NCBI GenBank assembly: GCA_965203515.1
Contig: OZ241907.1
Coordinates: 512,001-576,000, forward strand
Direction: 5' to 3'
DNA from: Spirochaetia bacterium
GTDB taxonomy: Bacteria > Spirochaetota > Spirochaetia > SZUA-6 > Bin103
DNA: 64,000 bases
The position numbers and the translations under genes were made by a program. Under the pieces are notes generated by a model. That model had not been told where the DNA came from, did not search any database, and saw only the letters and a program-made list of their open reading frames with translations. This document shows positions 52,333 through 63,433 of this stretch, one piece after another (position 1 is the first letter of the stretch; each line of letters starts with the position of its first letter).

Positions 52333-54495
52333 TTGCTCGCGCTGCTGATGGCCGCCGGTATCGCCCTGCTGGCGTGCACGCAAGCGGCGCGGCCGGCGGC
52401 AACGACCGGCTCCGGCGGCGCGGGGACCGGAGGGACCGGCGGCGGCGAGTCACCGACCGCGCCGACCCCGACTCCGCAGCCGGCCGAGAAGAGCTGGCCG
52501 ATCGGTGAAGATGCCTTCGATGACGAGGCGAACCTGGGCGCCACGACGATCCGCTCCGCGCCGTTTGCCTGGGACGGGATCACCGGCGACAAGGTGCGCG
52601 TGTCGATCGGCGGCCACGATCTGCCGTTCACGAGCACCAGGAGCGAGCCGGTCTTCGCGTCCGACATCAGCGGTGCGGAGTGGTCGGTTGCCGCCGAAGT
52701 CAGCGCGGGATCCATCGTGCTCGTGCTCACCGCCCCGGATCAGTCGGAAGACACCGATTTCGTCGAGTCGGTCGGTATTACGAACCCGGGCAGCGGCTAC
52801 ACCTCGGTCCCCACCATGTCCTTTTCAGCGGCGCCATCCGGCGGCACCACGGCAACCGGCACCGCAGTGGCAAGCGGTCGCGTCGATTCCGTGTCGGTCT
52901 CGAATGCCGGCAGCGGCTACGCCTCGGTCCCGACCGTGACCTTCTCGGCGGCGCCGTCCGGCGGCACCACGGCGACCGGCGCCGTGACGGGCAGCGGCAG
53001 CGTCGATTCGGTGACGGTCTCGAACGGGGGGAGCGGCTACACCTCGGCCCCTGCCGTGGCCTTTTCGGGTGGCGGCGGCAGCGGCGCCGCGGCCACCGCG
53101 GCGCGCAGCGGTTTCGTAGATTCGGTGACGGTCACGAACGCCGGCAGCGGCTACACCTCGGCCCCCACGGTGTCGTTTTCGGGCGGCGGCGGCAGTGGCG
53201 CCGCCGCCACCACGGCGCTGGACCAAGAGGTAGGGCCGGTAACGGTCACGGACGCCGGCAGCGGCTACACCTCGGTCCCTGCGGTGTCGTTTTCGGGCGG
53301 CGGCGGCAGCGGCGCCGCCGCCACTGCGATCGGGCCGCTTGGGGTCGATTCCGTGACGGTCACGAACGTCGGCGGCAGCTACACCTCGGTTCCTGCGGTG
53401 TCTTTCTCGGGCGGTGGCGGCAGCGGCGCCGCCGCCACTGCGATCGGGCCGCTTGGAGTCAATTCCGTGTCCGTCTCGGCCGCCGGCAGCGGCTACACCT
53501 CGGCCCCCACCGTGGCCTTTTCGGCAGCGCCGTCCGGCGGCTTCACGGCGACCGGCACCGCGTCAGTGGTGAGCGGGCAGGTCGTGGGAGTGATCCTCTC
53601 GAACGTGGGGAGCGGCTACACCTCGGCCCCCACCGTGACCTTCTCGGGCGGCGGCGGCAGCGGCGCCGCCGCCACCGCAACGCTGCGTACCACCAGTGGC
53701 GTCCTCTCGGTGTCGGTCACGACCGCCGGCAGCGGCTACACGTCGGCCCCCGCCGTGTCGTTTTCGGGCGGCGGCGGCAGCGGAGCCAGCGCCACCGCGG
53801 CGCTGCGCACTACCAGCGGCATCGACGGAGTGACGGTCACGAACGGCGGCACCGGTTACGCGTCGGCCCCCACCGTGTCGTTTTCGGGCGGCGGCGGCAG
53901 CGGGGCCAGCGCCACCGCCGCGCTGAGCGTTACCAGTCGCATCGCCGGAGTAACGGTCACGACCGCCGGCAGCGGCTACACCTCGGCCCCCACCGTGGCC
54001 TTTTCGGCAGCGCCGTCCGGCGGCACCACCGCCGCCGGCACCGCGGCGCTGGACTACGAGGTAGGGACAGTGACGGTCACGACCGCCGGCAGCGGCTACG
54101 CGTCGGCGCCCGCGGTGTCCTTTTCGGGCGGCGGCGGCAGCGGGGCCGTCGCCGCCGCGGTCATGGACTACGGGGTCGGACCGGTGGCGGTCACGAACCC
54201 GGGGAGCGGCTACGCGTCGGCGCCGACGGTGACCTTTTCAGCAGCGCCGGCCGGCGGCACTACGGCCGTGGGCAGCGCGGTCATGGACTACCGGGTACGG
54301 TCGGTGCGGATCACGAACCGGGGGAGCGGCTACGCGTCGGCGCCCACCGTGACCTTTTCGCCGGCGCCGGCCGGCGGCACCACCGCGACCGGCATCGCAA
54401 CGCTGGCGAAGAGCGGCAACGATCAGAGCCAGAACCTGTATTGGGCGCGCCAAACGCTGGCAGGCAAGCAGCTTCTGGTGCAGGTAGGGGAGTGA
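52333..54495 (+). CDS. Repeat fibre lipoprotein 1 (14 GSGYT repeats)
   Basis: IALLAC lipobox, Pro linker, base domain, 14 x V.SV.V.N.GSGY.S.P.V.FS repeats, [18 protein letters not shown]; start uncertain (TTG 52333 or ATG 52348). Confidence 0.8.
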   Translation: MLALLMAAGIALLACTQAARPAATTGSGGAGTGGTGGGESPTAPTPTPQPAEKSWPIGEDAFDDEANLGATTIRSAPFAWDGITGDKVRVSIGGHDLPFTSTRSEPVFASDISGAEWSVAAEVSAGSIVLVLTAPDQSEDTDFVESVGITNPGSGYTSVPTMSFSAAPSGGTTATGTAVASGRVDSVSVSNAGSGYASVPTVTFSAAPSGGTTATGAVTGSGSVDSVTVSNGGSGYTSAPAVAFSGGGGSGAAATAARSGFVDSVTVTNAGSGYTSAPTVSFSGGGGSGAAATTALDQEVGPVTVTDAGSGYTSVPAVSFSGGGGSGAAATAIGPLGVDSVTVTNVGGSYTSVPAVSFSGGGGSGAAATAIGPLGVNSVSVSAAGSGYTSAPTVAFSAAPSGGFTATGTASVVSGQVVGVILSNVGSGYTSAPTVTFSGGGGSGAAATATLRTTSGVLSVSVTTAGSGYTSAPAVSFSGGGGSGASATAALRTTSGIDGVTVTNGGTGYASAPTVSFSGGGGSGASATAALSVTSRIAGVTVTTAGSGYTSAPTVAFSAAPSGGTTAAGTAALDYEVGTVTVTTAGSGYASAPAVSFSGGGGSGAVAAAVMDYGVGPVAVTNPGSGYASAPTVTFSAAPAGGTTAVGSAVMDYRVRSVRITNRGSGYASAPTVTFSPAPAGGTTATGIATLAKSGNDQSQNLYWARQTLAGKQLLVQVGE

Positions 54496-54498
54496 TGA

Positions 54499-56472
54499 AT
54501 GGTACCTCCCCCATGCAGGACGCTTCCGGCGCTGTTGCTGGCCGCCGGTATCGCCGCCCTGATGGCGTGCGCGCCGGCGGCGCGTCCGTCCGCCGCGACT
54601 GCCGGCCCGGCCAACGGGGGAGCGGGGGAGCCAGGAGGTAAGCTACCACCGAGCGAGCCGCCGCCAACCCCGCAGCCGGCGGAGAAGCGCTGGACGATCA
54701 GCGCGGCTGACTTTGGTGACGGCGCCAACCTGTTGAGCGAAACGTCCAACCGTTCCGCGCCGTATGCCTGGGAGCGGGTCACCGGCGGCGGCGTGCGGGT
54801 TTCGATTGGCGGGCGCGAGCTGCCGTTCACGAGCACGAGCGCCAAGCCGGTCTTCGCGTCCGATCTCTCCGGCGCGGAGTGGACGGTTGCCGCCGAGGTG
54901 CGGGCGGGGGCAGTGGAGCTGGTCCTCACCGCCCCGGATCAGTCGGGCGCCGCCGACACGGTTGAGTCGGTGACGATCACGAACCCGGGGCGCGGCTACA
55001 CGGCGGACCCGACCGTGACCTTTGCGGCGCCGCCGTCCGGCGGCACCACGGCAACCGGCACTGCGGCGAGGTCCGGCTACGTCGATTCGGTGACGATTAC
55101 GACCGCGGGGGACGGCTACCCGGCGGTTCCGACCGTGACGTTCGGGGCGCCGCCGTCCGGCGGCACTACGGCGAGCGGCGCCCCGGTGGGGTCCGGCTAC
55201 GTCGATTCGGTGACGATTACGACCGCGGGGAGCGGCTACCCGGCGGTCCCCGCGGTGACGTTTTCGGCGGCGCCGTCCGGCGGCGCCACGGCAACCGGCA
55301 CCGCGGTGGGGTCCCGGCACGTCGATTCCGTGACGATCGGGACCGCCGGGAGCGGCTACACGTCGGTCCCCACCGTGACCTTTTCGGGCGGAGGGGGCAG
55401 CGGCGCGGCCGGCACCGCGGTGCGGCAAAGCGGCGTAGCGTCGGTGACGCTCACGAACCGGGGGGCCTTCTATACCTCTGACCCAACCGTGACGTTTGGC
55501 GCTCCGCCGCCCGGCGGCACCACCGCGACCGGCACCGCAACGCGACGATCAGAAGTATGGACCGTGTCGATGACGAACGGGGGGAGCGGTTACACCTCCG
55601 CCCCAACCGTGACGATTGGCGCTCCCCCGTCCGGTGGCACCCGGGCAACCGGCACCGCGGTGATCAGTGGCGGTCAAGTGACTTCCGTCACCATCACGAA
55701 CGGGGGGCGCGGCTACACCTCTGTCCCTTCGGTGACGTTTTCGGGAGGAGGAGGCAGCGGTGCGGCCGGCATCGCGCAGGTGGGAACTGACCAACTGGAT
55801 GGCGTGACGATCACGAATCCGGGGAGCGGCTACACGGCCGCCCCTTCCGTGACGTTTTCGGCCGCGACGGTCACGCGGTTCACGGCGACCGGAACCGCGG
55901 TGCTGGAAAGCGGCGTGGCGTCGGTGACGGTCACGAACCGGGGGAGCGGCTACACCTCCGTCCCGACCGTGACCTTCGGAGCAGCGCCGGGCGGCGGCAC
56001 CACCGCAACCGGCACCGCGGCGCTGCGCTACGGCGTAGCGGAGGTGACCGTGACGAACGGCGGGAGCGGCTACACTTCGGCCCCGACCGTGACCTTTGCG
56101 GCGGCGCCGAGCGGCGGCGCCACGGCCGCCGGTACCGCGGTGCTGCGCTACGGCGTAGCGGAGGTGACGGTCACGGACGGAGGGAGCGGCTACACTGCGG
56201 CTCCGACCGTGACCTTTGCGGCGGCGCCGAGCGGCGGCACCACGGCCGCCGGCACCGCGGTGCTGCGCTACGGCGTAACGTCGGTGAGGGTCACGAACGG
56301 AGGGAGCGGTTACACCGCGGTCCCGACCGTGACGTTTTCGGCGCCGGCCAGCGGTACCCGTGCGACCGGCACGGCAAAGCTGGCCGAGGGCGGCTACGAT
56401 CAATACCAGAACCTGTATTGGGCGCGCCAAACGCTGGCAGGCAAGCAGCTTCTGGTGCAGCTAGCGGATTAG
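54499..56472 (+). CDS. Repeat fibre lipoprotein 2 (12 repeats)
   Basis: Full signal peptide ending ALMAC; same architecture as copy 1. Confidence 0.85.
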   Translation: MVPPPCRTLPALLLAAGIAALMACAPAARPSAATAGPANGGAGEPGGKLPPSEPPPTPQPAEKRWTISAADFGDGANLLSETSNRSAPYAWERVTGGGVRVSIGGRELPFTSTSAKPVFASDLSGAEWTVAAEVRAGAVELVLTAPDQSGAADTVESVTITNPGRGYTADPTVTFAAPPSGGTTATGTAARSGYVDSVTITTAGDGYPAVPTVTFGAPPSGGTTASGAPVGSGYVDSVTITTAGSGYPAVPAVTFSAAPSGGATATGTAVGSRHVDSVTIGTAGSGYTSVPTVTFSGGGGSGAAGTAVRQSGVASVTLTNRGAFYTSDPTVTFGAPPPGGTTATGTATRRSEVWTVSMTNGGSGYTSAPTVTIGAPPSGGTRATGTAVISGGQVTSVTITNGGRGYTSVPSVTFSGGGGSGAAGIAQVGTDQLDGVTITNPGSGYTAAPSVTFSAATVTRFTATGTAVLESGVASVTVTNRGSGYTSVPTVTFGAAPGGGTTATGTAALRYGVAEVTVTNGGSGYTSAPTVTFAAAPSGGATAAGTAVLRYGVAEVTVTDGGSGYTAAPTVTFAAAPSGGTTAAGTAVLRYGVTSVRVTNGGSGYTAVPTVTFSAPASGTRATGTAKLAEGGYDQYQNLYWARQTLAGKQLLVQLAD

Positions 56473-56960
56473 ATCTCTTGCCTACGGCATTGGGCCGAAC
56501 AGCACGGCCCGCCGCGGCAGATCGACGGTGCCGTCACGCAGCGACTTGAAGCCGCGGACGGTCAATCTGTCTTAGACGTCGCGGTGGTGGCGGAAGAATC
56601 GCGCAGTCCGTGACCGCGTACATGCGGGGATGGCCTGGGCATCGGTTTCGGCCAAGGGACACCGGCTCGGTGGGGTACTCGATAGCGGCGGGCGCGAGCG
56701 TGGAGCTTGTCACTTGTCATGGCGGCTATCGGTCCTGCAGGGCGCAGCAGCAGGCTCCCCTCGTTGCTCTGGTCGAAGCGCTGCTGCAACGGCCGCCGAT
56801 CGAAGAATTGGGTGGAATCGTAGAGGTGCCGGTAGCGGCCGCCGCGGTCGAGGCCCTGCCGGAGCGCTTCCCGGTTGACCTCGTCCACGGCGCCGTATGC
56901 CGGCCAGAGGACGCCGTGCTGGCAGTAGGAGACGTCGATGAAGTAACGCCCGCGCCGCTT
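56391..56960. repeat. Duplicate of ~59121-59541, including the 3' end of the PhyH gene
   Basis: High identity; ~145-bp extra segment at ~56546-56691; RGRYFIDVSYCQHG...NEGSLLL on the minus strand. Confidence 0.85.
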
Positions 56961-56962
56961 GC

Positions 56963-57390
<428 letters not shown>

Positions 57391-59202
57391 TTGCTCGCGC
57401 TGCTGATGGTCGCCGGTATCGCCCTGCTCGCGTGCACGCAAGCGGCACGGCCGGCGGCGACGACCGGCCCCGGCGGCGGCGAGTCACCGGCCGCGCCGAC
57501 CCCCACCCCGCAGCCGGCCGAGAAGAGCTGGACCATCGGTGAAGATGCCTTCGATGACGACGCGAACCTGGGCGCCACGACGATCCGCTCCGCGCCGTTT
57601 GCCTGGGACGGGATCACCGGCGACAAGGTGAGCGTGTCGATCGGCGGCCACGATCTGCCGTTCACGAGCACCAGTAACGAGCCGGTCTTCGCGTCCGATC
57701 TCAGCGGTGCCGAGTGGTCGGTTGCCGCCGAAGTCAGTGCGGGATCCATCGTGCTCGTGCTCACCGCCCCGGATCAGTCGGAAGACACCGATTTCGTCGA
57801 GTCGGTCGCGATTACGAACCCGGGCAGGGGCTACACCTCGGTCCCCACCATGTCGTTTTCAGCGGCGCCATCCGGCGGCACCACGGCAACCGGCACCGCA
57901 GTGGCAACGGGTCGCGTCGATTTCGTGTCGGTCTCGAATGCCGGCAGCGGCTACGCCTCGGTCCCGACCGTGACCTTCTCGGCGGCGCCGTCCGGCGGCA
58001 CCACGGCGACCGGCGCCGTGACGGGCAGCGGCAGCGTCGATTCGGTATCGGTGTCGAACGGGGGGAGCGGCTACACCTCGGTCCCTACGGTGTCGTTTTC
58101 GGGTGGTGGCGGCAGCGGCGCCGCCGCCACCGCGGCGCGCAACGGTTTCGTCGATTCGGTGACGGTCTCGAACGGGGGGCGTGGCTACACCTCGGCCCCC
58201 ACGGTGTCCTTTATGGGTGGTGGGGGCAGCGGCGCCGCCGCCACCGCGGCGCTGGACCACGAGGTAAGCGGCGGAGGGGTGGCAGCGCCATTAGCTGGGG
58301 TGGTGGTCTGGACCGCCGGCAGCGGCTACACCTCGGTCCCTGCGGTATCCTTTACGGGTGGTGGGGGCAGCGGCGCCGCCGCCACCGTGATCGGACCGCG
58401 TGGAGTCAATGCCGTGTCAATCACGAACGGGGGCAGCGGCTACACCTCGGCCCCTACGGTGTCCTTTTCGGCAGCGCCGGCCGGCGGCATCACGCCGATC
58501 GGCATCGCGAGCATCACGTCGTCGGGGCAGGTCCAGATAGTGAACCTGTTGAACGTGGGGAGCGGCTACAGCTCGGCCCCCACCGTGACCTTTTCGGGCG
58601 GTGGCGGCAGCGGAGCCACCGCCACCGCGACGTTGCGTACTACCAGTAGCGTCATCTTGGTGACGGTCACGAACGCCGGCAGCGGCTACAGCTCGGCCCC
58701 CGCCGTGACGATTTCGGGCGGTGGCGGCACCGGAGCCACCGCCCTCGCAGGGCTGCTCACTACCGTCGACGAAGTAACGGTCACGAACGGGGGCAGCGGC
58801 TACACCTCGGCCCCCACCGTGGCCTTTTCGGCAGCGCCGCAGTACGTCGGCACCAGGGCCGCCGGCACCGCGGTGCTGGACTACGAGGTAGGGCCGGTGA
58901 CGGTCACGACCGCCGGCAGCGGCTACGCGTCGGCGCCCGCGGTCTCCTTTTCGGGCGGCGCCGGCAGCGGGGCCGCCGCCGCCGCGGTCATGGACTACGG
59001 GGTCGGGTCGGTGGAGGTCACGAACCCGGGGAGCGGCTACGCGTCGGCGCCGACCGTGACCTTTTCGCCGGCGCCGGCCGGCGGCACCACCGCGACCGGC
59101 ATCGCAACGCTGGCGAAGAGCGGCTACGATCAATACCAGAACCTGTATTGGGCGCGCCAAACGCTGGCAGGCAAGCAGCTTCTGGTGCAGCTGGCGGATT
59201 AG
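57391..59202 (+). CDS. Repeat fibre lipoprotein 3 (11 repeats)
   Basis: Base near-identical to copy 1; IALLAC; start uncertain (TTG 57391 or ATG 57406; frame open from 56959). Confidence 0.8.
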   Translation: MLALLMVAGIALLACTQAARPAATTGPGGGESPAAPTPTPQPAEKSWTIGEDAFDDDANLGATTIRSAPFAWDGITGDKVSVSIGGHDLPFTSTSNEPVFASDLSGAEWSVAAEVSAGSIVLVLTAPDQSEDTDFVESVAITNPGRGYTSVPTMSFSAAPSGGTTATGTAVATGRVDFVSVSNAGSGYASVPTVTFSAAPSGGTTATGAVTGSGSVDSVSVSNGGSGYTSVPTVSFSGGGGSGAAATAARNGFVDSVTVSNGGRGYTSAPTVSFMGGGGSGAAATAALDHEVSGGGVAAPLAGVVVWTAGSGYTSVPAVSFTGGGGSGAAATVIGPRGVNAVSITNGGSGYTSAPTVSFSAAPAGGITPIGIASITSSGQVQIVNLLNVGSGYSSAPTVTFSGGGGSGATATATLRTTSSVILVTVTNAGSGYSSAPAVTISGGGGTGATALAGLLTTVDEVTVTNGGSGYTSAPTVAFSAAPQYVGTRAAGTAVLDYEVGPVTVTTAGSGYASAPAVSFSGGAGSGAAAAAVMDYGVGSVEVTNPGSGYASAPTVTFSPAPAGGTTATGIATLAKSGYDQYQNLYWARQTLAGKQLLVQLAD

Positions 59203-59308
59203 ATCTCTTGCCTGCGGCATTGGGCCGAACAGCACGGCCAGCCGCGGCAGATCGACGGTGAACGTCACGCAGCGACGCGAGCGTGGAGCTTGTCACTCGT
59301 CATGGTGG

Positions 59309-60100
59309 CTATCGGTCCTGCAGGCGCAGCAGCAGGCTCCCCTCGTTGCTCCGGTCGAAGCGCTGCTGCAACGGCCGCCGATCGAAGAACCGGGTGGAAT
59401 CGTAGAGGTGCCGGTAGCGGCCGCCGCGGTCGAGGCCCTGCCGGAGCGCCTCCCGGTTGACCTCGTCCACGGCGCCGTATGCCGGCCAGCGGACGCCATG
59501 CTGGCAATAGGAGACGTCGATGAAATAACGCCCGCGCCGCTCGCCGCCGGGCTTGGGACGCCGGGAGTGCCAGAGCGCCGAATGCACGATCACCGCCGAT
59601 CCGGGCGGCAGGCGGTCGACGCAGATCGAGCCGGGCAGGTCTTCCGTGCCGAACAGGGCAAGGCTCCGTTCCACCACGATCGACTGCGATCCCGGCAGCA
59701 CCAGCAGGTCGCCGATCTCTCCGTTGAGGCCGTTCAGGTAGTAGGAGACGTGCACCATGACGTGCGAGCGGTTGGTGTGCGGCTCCTGCTCATAGTCCTG
59801 ATGCCAGGCGACGCCGCGGTCGCCGGCGTCGTGCCTGGTCGAGTGGATGTGGTGCATGGCGAAGCGCGGGCCCATCAGCGACTCGATCAGGGCCATCATC
59901 GGCGGATGCGAGGTGAGCAGTCCCATCTCCCGACGGGAGGTGAGCAGCGGCTGCTCTCCTTTCGCCCGATCCGCCATCAGCGCGTCGACCTCGGCGATCA
60001 GTCGGTCGTTGTACGCCGGCTCCAGGAAGCCGGCCAGGATCAGGTAGCCGCGGCGGCGAAACTCCTCCGTCCGGTGCGGCGAGAGGCCGGCGGCGCTCAT
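59309..60100 (-). CDS. Phytanoyl-CoA dioxygenase (PhyH) family protein
   Basis: EFRRRGY, WHQD, LVLPGS, HSALWH; ATGA overlap with the enolase gene. Confidence 0.8.
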   Translation of the reverse strand: MSAAGLSPHRTEEFRRRGYLILAGFLEPAYNDRLIAEVDALMADRAKGEQPLLTSRREMGLLTSHPPMMALIESLMGPRFAMHHIHSTRHDAGDRGVAWHQDYEQEPHTNRSHVMVHVSYYLNGLNGEIGDLLVLPGSQSIVVERSLALFGTEDLPGSICVDRLPPGSAVIVHSALWHSRRPKPGGERRGRYFIDVSYCQHGVRWPAYGAVDEVNREALRQGLDRGGRYRHLYDSTRFFDRRPLQQRFDRSNEGSLLLRLQDR

Positions 60101-61212
60101 CGGTCGGTCGCCGCCGTCACGGCGGCGTGGCGCCGCGTCCGCGCCGCCAGCAGCTCCGGGTCCGGCGCCGGCAGATCGGCCGAAAACGGACGGAAGGTGT
60201 GCGGCGCGGCGTATTCGAGCGGCGGCGCGGCCAGGTCGCGCGTGTAGAAGCGGGACGAGGGGAACAGATCGCCGGGATAGGTGCAGTTGGGGAGGGTGGC
60301 GAGCTCGACGCAGACGGCGCCGCCCACCGCGCTCTCCAGCATGCCGCCGATCCACACCGGGATGCCGGCGTCCCGCGCCATGTCGTGGATGGCCAGCGCG
60401 TTCTGCAGGCCGCCGACGCGCGCCGGCTTGATGTTGACGTAGCGGCAGGCGCCGATGCGGATCGCCTGCTCGGCGGTGCGCGGGTCGACGATCGTCTCGT
60501 CCAGACAGATCGGCGTGCCGATCCGCTTGGCCAGCTCGGCATGGTCCAGGATATCGGTGTGGTGCAGCGGCTGTTCGATGAACGCCAGCCCCAGGTCGTC
60601 GATCGCCCGGAAGAACGGCAGATCGTCGAGCGTGTAACCGGAGTTGCAGTCGATGTGGAACGTCATGTCGGGGAAGGTCGAGGTGACCGTGCGGAGCATC
60701 TCCAGGTCCCATCCCCTGGCCACCTTGAGCTTGGTGCGGGGAAAGCCGGCGTCGACCGCCTGCTGGATGTTGCCGAGCAGCATGTCGATCGAGTCCTGGA
60801 TGCCGAAGTCGGCCCCGGCGGCGACGTCTCGCGCAGCGCCGCCCAGCAGCCGATGCAGCGGCGTGGCGGTGATGCGGCTCTCGAGCGTCCACCAGCCGAT
60901 CTCGATCGCGGCCTTGGCGAACGAGTTGCCCTTGAACGGGCTGAGCCGCTCGTTGAGGTCCGCGGCCGTGTCGTACTCGCGGCCGACCACGTGCGGCCCG
61001 AACACCTCGGTGACGTGGTAGAAGACCGAACCGGCCGATTCGCTGAGGTAGTGCGGGGCGAAGAACGGCGTGCTCTCCGCCCAGGCCGTGTGTTCGCCGC
61101 CGGAGACCTTCACCAGCACCGAGTGGATGTCGGCATCCTCGCCGTAGGCGGTGCGCCACGGGTAGATGAGCGGCATCACCACGTAATGCACGTCCAGCCG
61201 ATCGATGCGCAT
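60097..61212 (-). CDS. menC: o-Succinylbenzoate synthase / N-acylamino acid racemase (enolase superfamily)
   Basis: KLK, IDCN, IEQPL, LDE, NIKPARVGG, GGMLES, PGDL; no men genes nearby, so a racemase role is plausible. Confidence 0.75.
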   Translation of the reverse strand: MRIDRLDVHYVVMPLIYPWRTAYGEDADIHSVLVKVSGGEHTAWAESTPFFAPHYLSESAGSVFYHVTEVFGPHVVGREYDTAADLNERLSPFKGNSFAKAAIEIGWWTLESRITATPLHRLLGGAARDVAAGADFGIQDSIDMLLGNIQQAVDAGFPRTKLKVARGWDLEMLRTVTSTFPDMTFHIDCNSGYTLDDLPFFRAIDDLGLAFIEQPLHHTDILDHAELAKRIGTPICLDETIVDPRTAEQAIRIGACRYVNIKPARVGGLQNALAIHDMARDAGIPVWIGGMLESAVGGAVCVELATLPNCTYPGDLFPSSRFYTRDLAAPPLEYAAPHTFRPFSADLPAPDPELLAARTRRHAAVTAATDR

Positions 61213-61320
61213 GGTCGCGTGACCTTACTCGATCGGGTCGACCCGGTATAGCGCGGAACGGCGGCGCACGGGTCGATCTGACCGATCCGGCGAACTCCGG
61301 TATGCTCGATCGCAGGAACA

Positions 61321-62400
61321 ATGAAGGATACCTATCGCGCCGTCCTCATCGGCTGCAGTCGCATGGGCGCGTTCATCGATCACGAAGTCGTCGAGATGAA
61401 GCACATCGCCCATCCCTACTCGCACGCGGCGGTCCATACCGCCTGCGATCGCACCGAGCTGGTGGCGTGCTCGGATCTGCGCCCCGAGGTGATGGCGGAG
61501 ACCGGCCGGCAGTACGGCATCCCCTCAGACAGGCAGTACCGGGACTACCGGGAGATGATCGAGGTCGAACGGCCGGACATCGTCAGCATCGCCACGCAGC
61601 CGGAGGGCCGGGCGGAGATCGCCGTCCACGCCGCCGAGCACGGCGCCAGGGCGATCTACGCGGAGAAGGCGATGGCCGCCTCCATGGCGGAGGCGGACGC
61701 GATCGTCGATGCGTGCGAGCGGCACGGCGTGATCTTCAACCTGGGCACGCAACGGCGCTGGCATCCCGGCTTCCACGCCATGCGGGGCGTGATCGACAGC
61801 GGCCGGCTCGGCGCGCTCCGCTCGGTCATCATCCAGGCCGGCAACCTGTTCAACATGGCCAGCCACTACTTCGACAACCTGCTGTTCCTCAATGGCGATC
61901 GCCGCGCCCGGTCGGTGCAGATGCAGCTTCTGGACGGCGACTGGAGGCTGGACGGCGACCGGCTCACCGAGGACCCGGTCGCGCACGGATCGATCGGGTT
62001 CGAGAACGGGGTGCTGGCCTACGCGATCCCGCCGGCTCACGAGGTGGAGTTCGAGGCGCGCTGCACGGACGGAACGGTGCGCGCCACGCGCCAGCAGGTC
62101 TACTCGATGCGCCGCCGGGAGCGCCCCGGCGACGCGCGCAGTCCGTTCGTCGACGCGCCGTTTCCGGACTGGCAGCCGATCAGCGCCAATCTGCGGCTCG
62201 TGCAGGATTTGGTACGGTCGCTCGACACGGGGGAGCCGCCGATCGGCGGCGTGCGCGCCGCCCGCGCCGGCACCGAGCTGATCTTTGCGGCGATCGAGTC
62301 CCACCTGCGGGGCGGGGCCTGCGTGGAGCTGCCGCTGACCGGCAGTACGGTGCGGCTCGAACGGGACCGGGCGCCCCGGCAGCCCCGCTTCCAGCCATGA
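61321..62400 (+). CDS. Gfo/Idh/MocA oxidoreductase
   Basis: IGCSRMG, PDIVSIAT, EKAMA. Confidence 0.85.
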   Translation: MKDTYRAVLIGCSRMGAFIDHEVVEMKHIAHPYSHAAVHTACDRTELVACSDLRPEVMAETGRQYGIPSDRQYRDYREMIEVERPDIVSIATQPEGRAEIAVHAAEHGARAIYAEKAMAASMAEADAIVDACERHGVIFNLGTQRRWHPGFHAMRGVIDSGRLGALRSVIIQAGNLFNMASHYFDNLLFLNGDRRARSVQMQLLDGDWRLDGDRLTEDPVAHGSIGFENGVLAYAIPPAHEVEFEARCTDGTVRATRQQVYSMRRRERPGDARSPFVDAPFPDWQPISANLRLVQDLVRSLDTGEPPIGGVRAARAGTELIFAAIESHLRGGACVELPLTGSTVRLERDRAPRQPRFQP

Positions 62401-63419
62401 GGAGCGCAGACATGTCCGCTGAGACCGATCCGCAGGCGCCGGAACGGCTCCTGCCCGAGGACGCGGCGTTCTACGAGCGGGAGATCGCCTCGTTCCTGCC
62501 CGACCGCGTCTTCGACGCCCACACGCACCTGTGGCGCCGGCGGGACACCGGCTGGGACCTGCCCGGATGTCCTGCGGACGTGGGCCTTGCGGAGTACCGG
62601 CGGCTGATGGACGACCTGCATCCGGGGCGGCGCATGGCCGCGCTGTGCATCCCGTCCGTCAGTCCGACCGAGGACGGAACCTTCACGGCCCCCAACGAAT
62701 GGGTGGCGCGGGCGGTCGCCGCCGACGCGTCGTTCCGGGGACTGTTCTTCATCCGCCCGGAAGACGATCCGGAGTGGGTGCGGCAGGAAGTGCGGCGGCT
62801 CGGCCTGCACGGCCTGAAGTGCTATCACACCATGGCGCCGGTGACGCCGACCTGGGATGCGGAGATACCGGACTTCCTGCCGGAGCGGCTGGTGCGCGTC
62901 GCGCATGAGGAGGGGTGGGCGATCACCCTGCACATGGTGCGCGCGCGGGCGGCGGCCGATCCCACCAACATCCGCTGGATTCGCCACTACTGCAGGCGGT
63001 ATCCGGACATGACGCTGATCCTGGCCCACTCGGCGCGCGGCTTTCAGCCGGCGCACAACCTGGAGGGGCTGCCGCACCTGACCGGGCTCGACAATCTCTA
63101 CTTCGACACCAGCGCCAACTGCGAGCCGATCGCCCACCAGGCGATCATCCGCATCATCGGCCACGACAAGCTGATGTACGGTACCGACCTGCCGGTCAGC
63201 CACGGGCGCGGCCGGCATGCCGGCGCGGCCGACGCCTTCCTCTGGCTCTATGAAGACTCGCCGGTGTGGGAGGAGAAGCACATCGGCATCCGGCCGGTCC
63301 TGATCGGTCTGGAGCATCTGCGCTCGATCAAGTGGGCGTGCTGGTCGGAGCGGCTCGGCGACCGCGCCGTGGAGGACATTTTCTGGAACAACGCCGCCCG
63401 CCTGTTCGGCGTGGAGTGA
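62397..63419 (+). CDS. Amidohydrolase family (Amidohydro_2) protein
   Basis: FDAHTH, GLKCYH, ILAHSARG, YFDTS, MYGTD, NAARLF; alternative start 62412. Confidence 0.85.
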   Translation: MRSADMSAETDPQAPERLLPEDAAFYEREIASFLPDRVFDAHTHLWRRRDTGWDLPGCPADVGLAEYRRLMDDLHPGRRMAALCIPSVSPTEDGTFTAPNEWVARAVAADASFRGLFFIRPEDDPEWVRQEVRRLGLHGLKCYHTMAPVTPTWDAEIPDFLPERLVRVAHEEGWAITLHMVRARAAADPTNIRWIRHYCRRYPDMTLILAHSARGFQPAHNLEGLPHLTGLDNLYFDTSANCEPIAHQAIIRIIGHDKLMYGTDLPVSHGRGRHAGAADAFLWLYEDSPVWEEKHIGIRPVLIGLEHLRSIKWACWSERLGDRAVEDIFWNNAARLFGVE

Positions 63420-63433
63420 GCGAAGGCGCGCAC

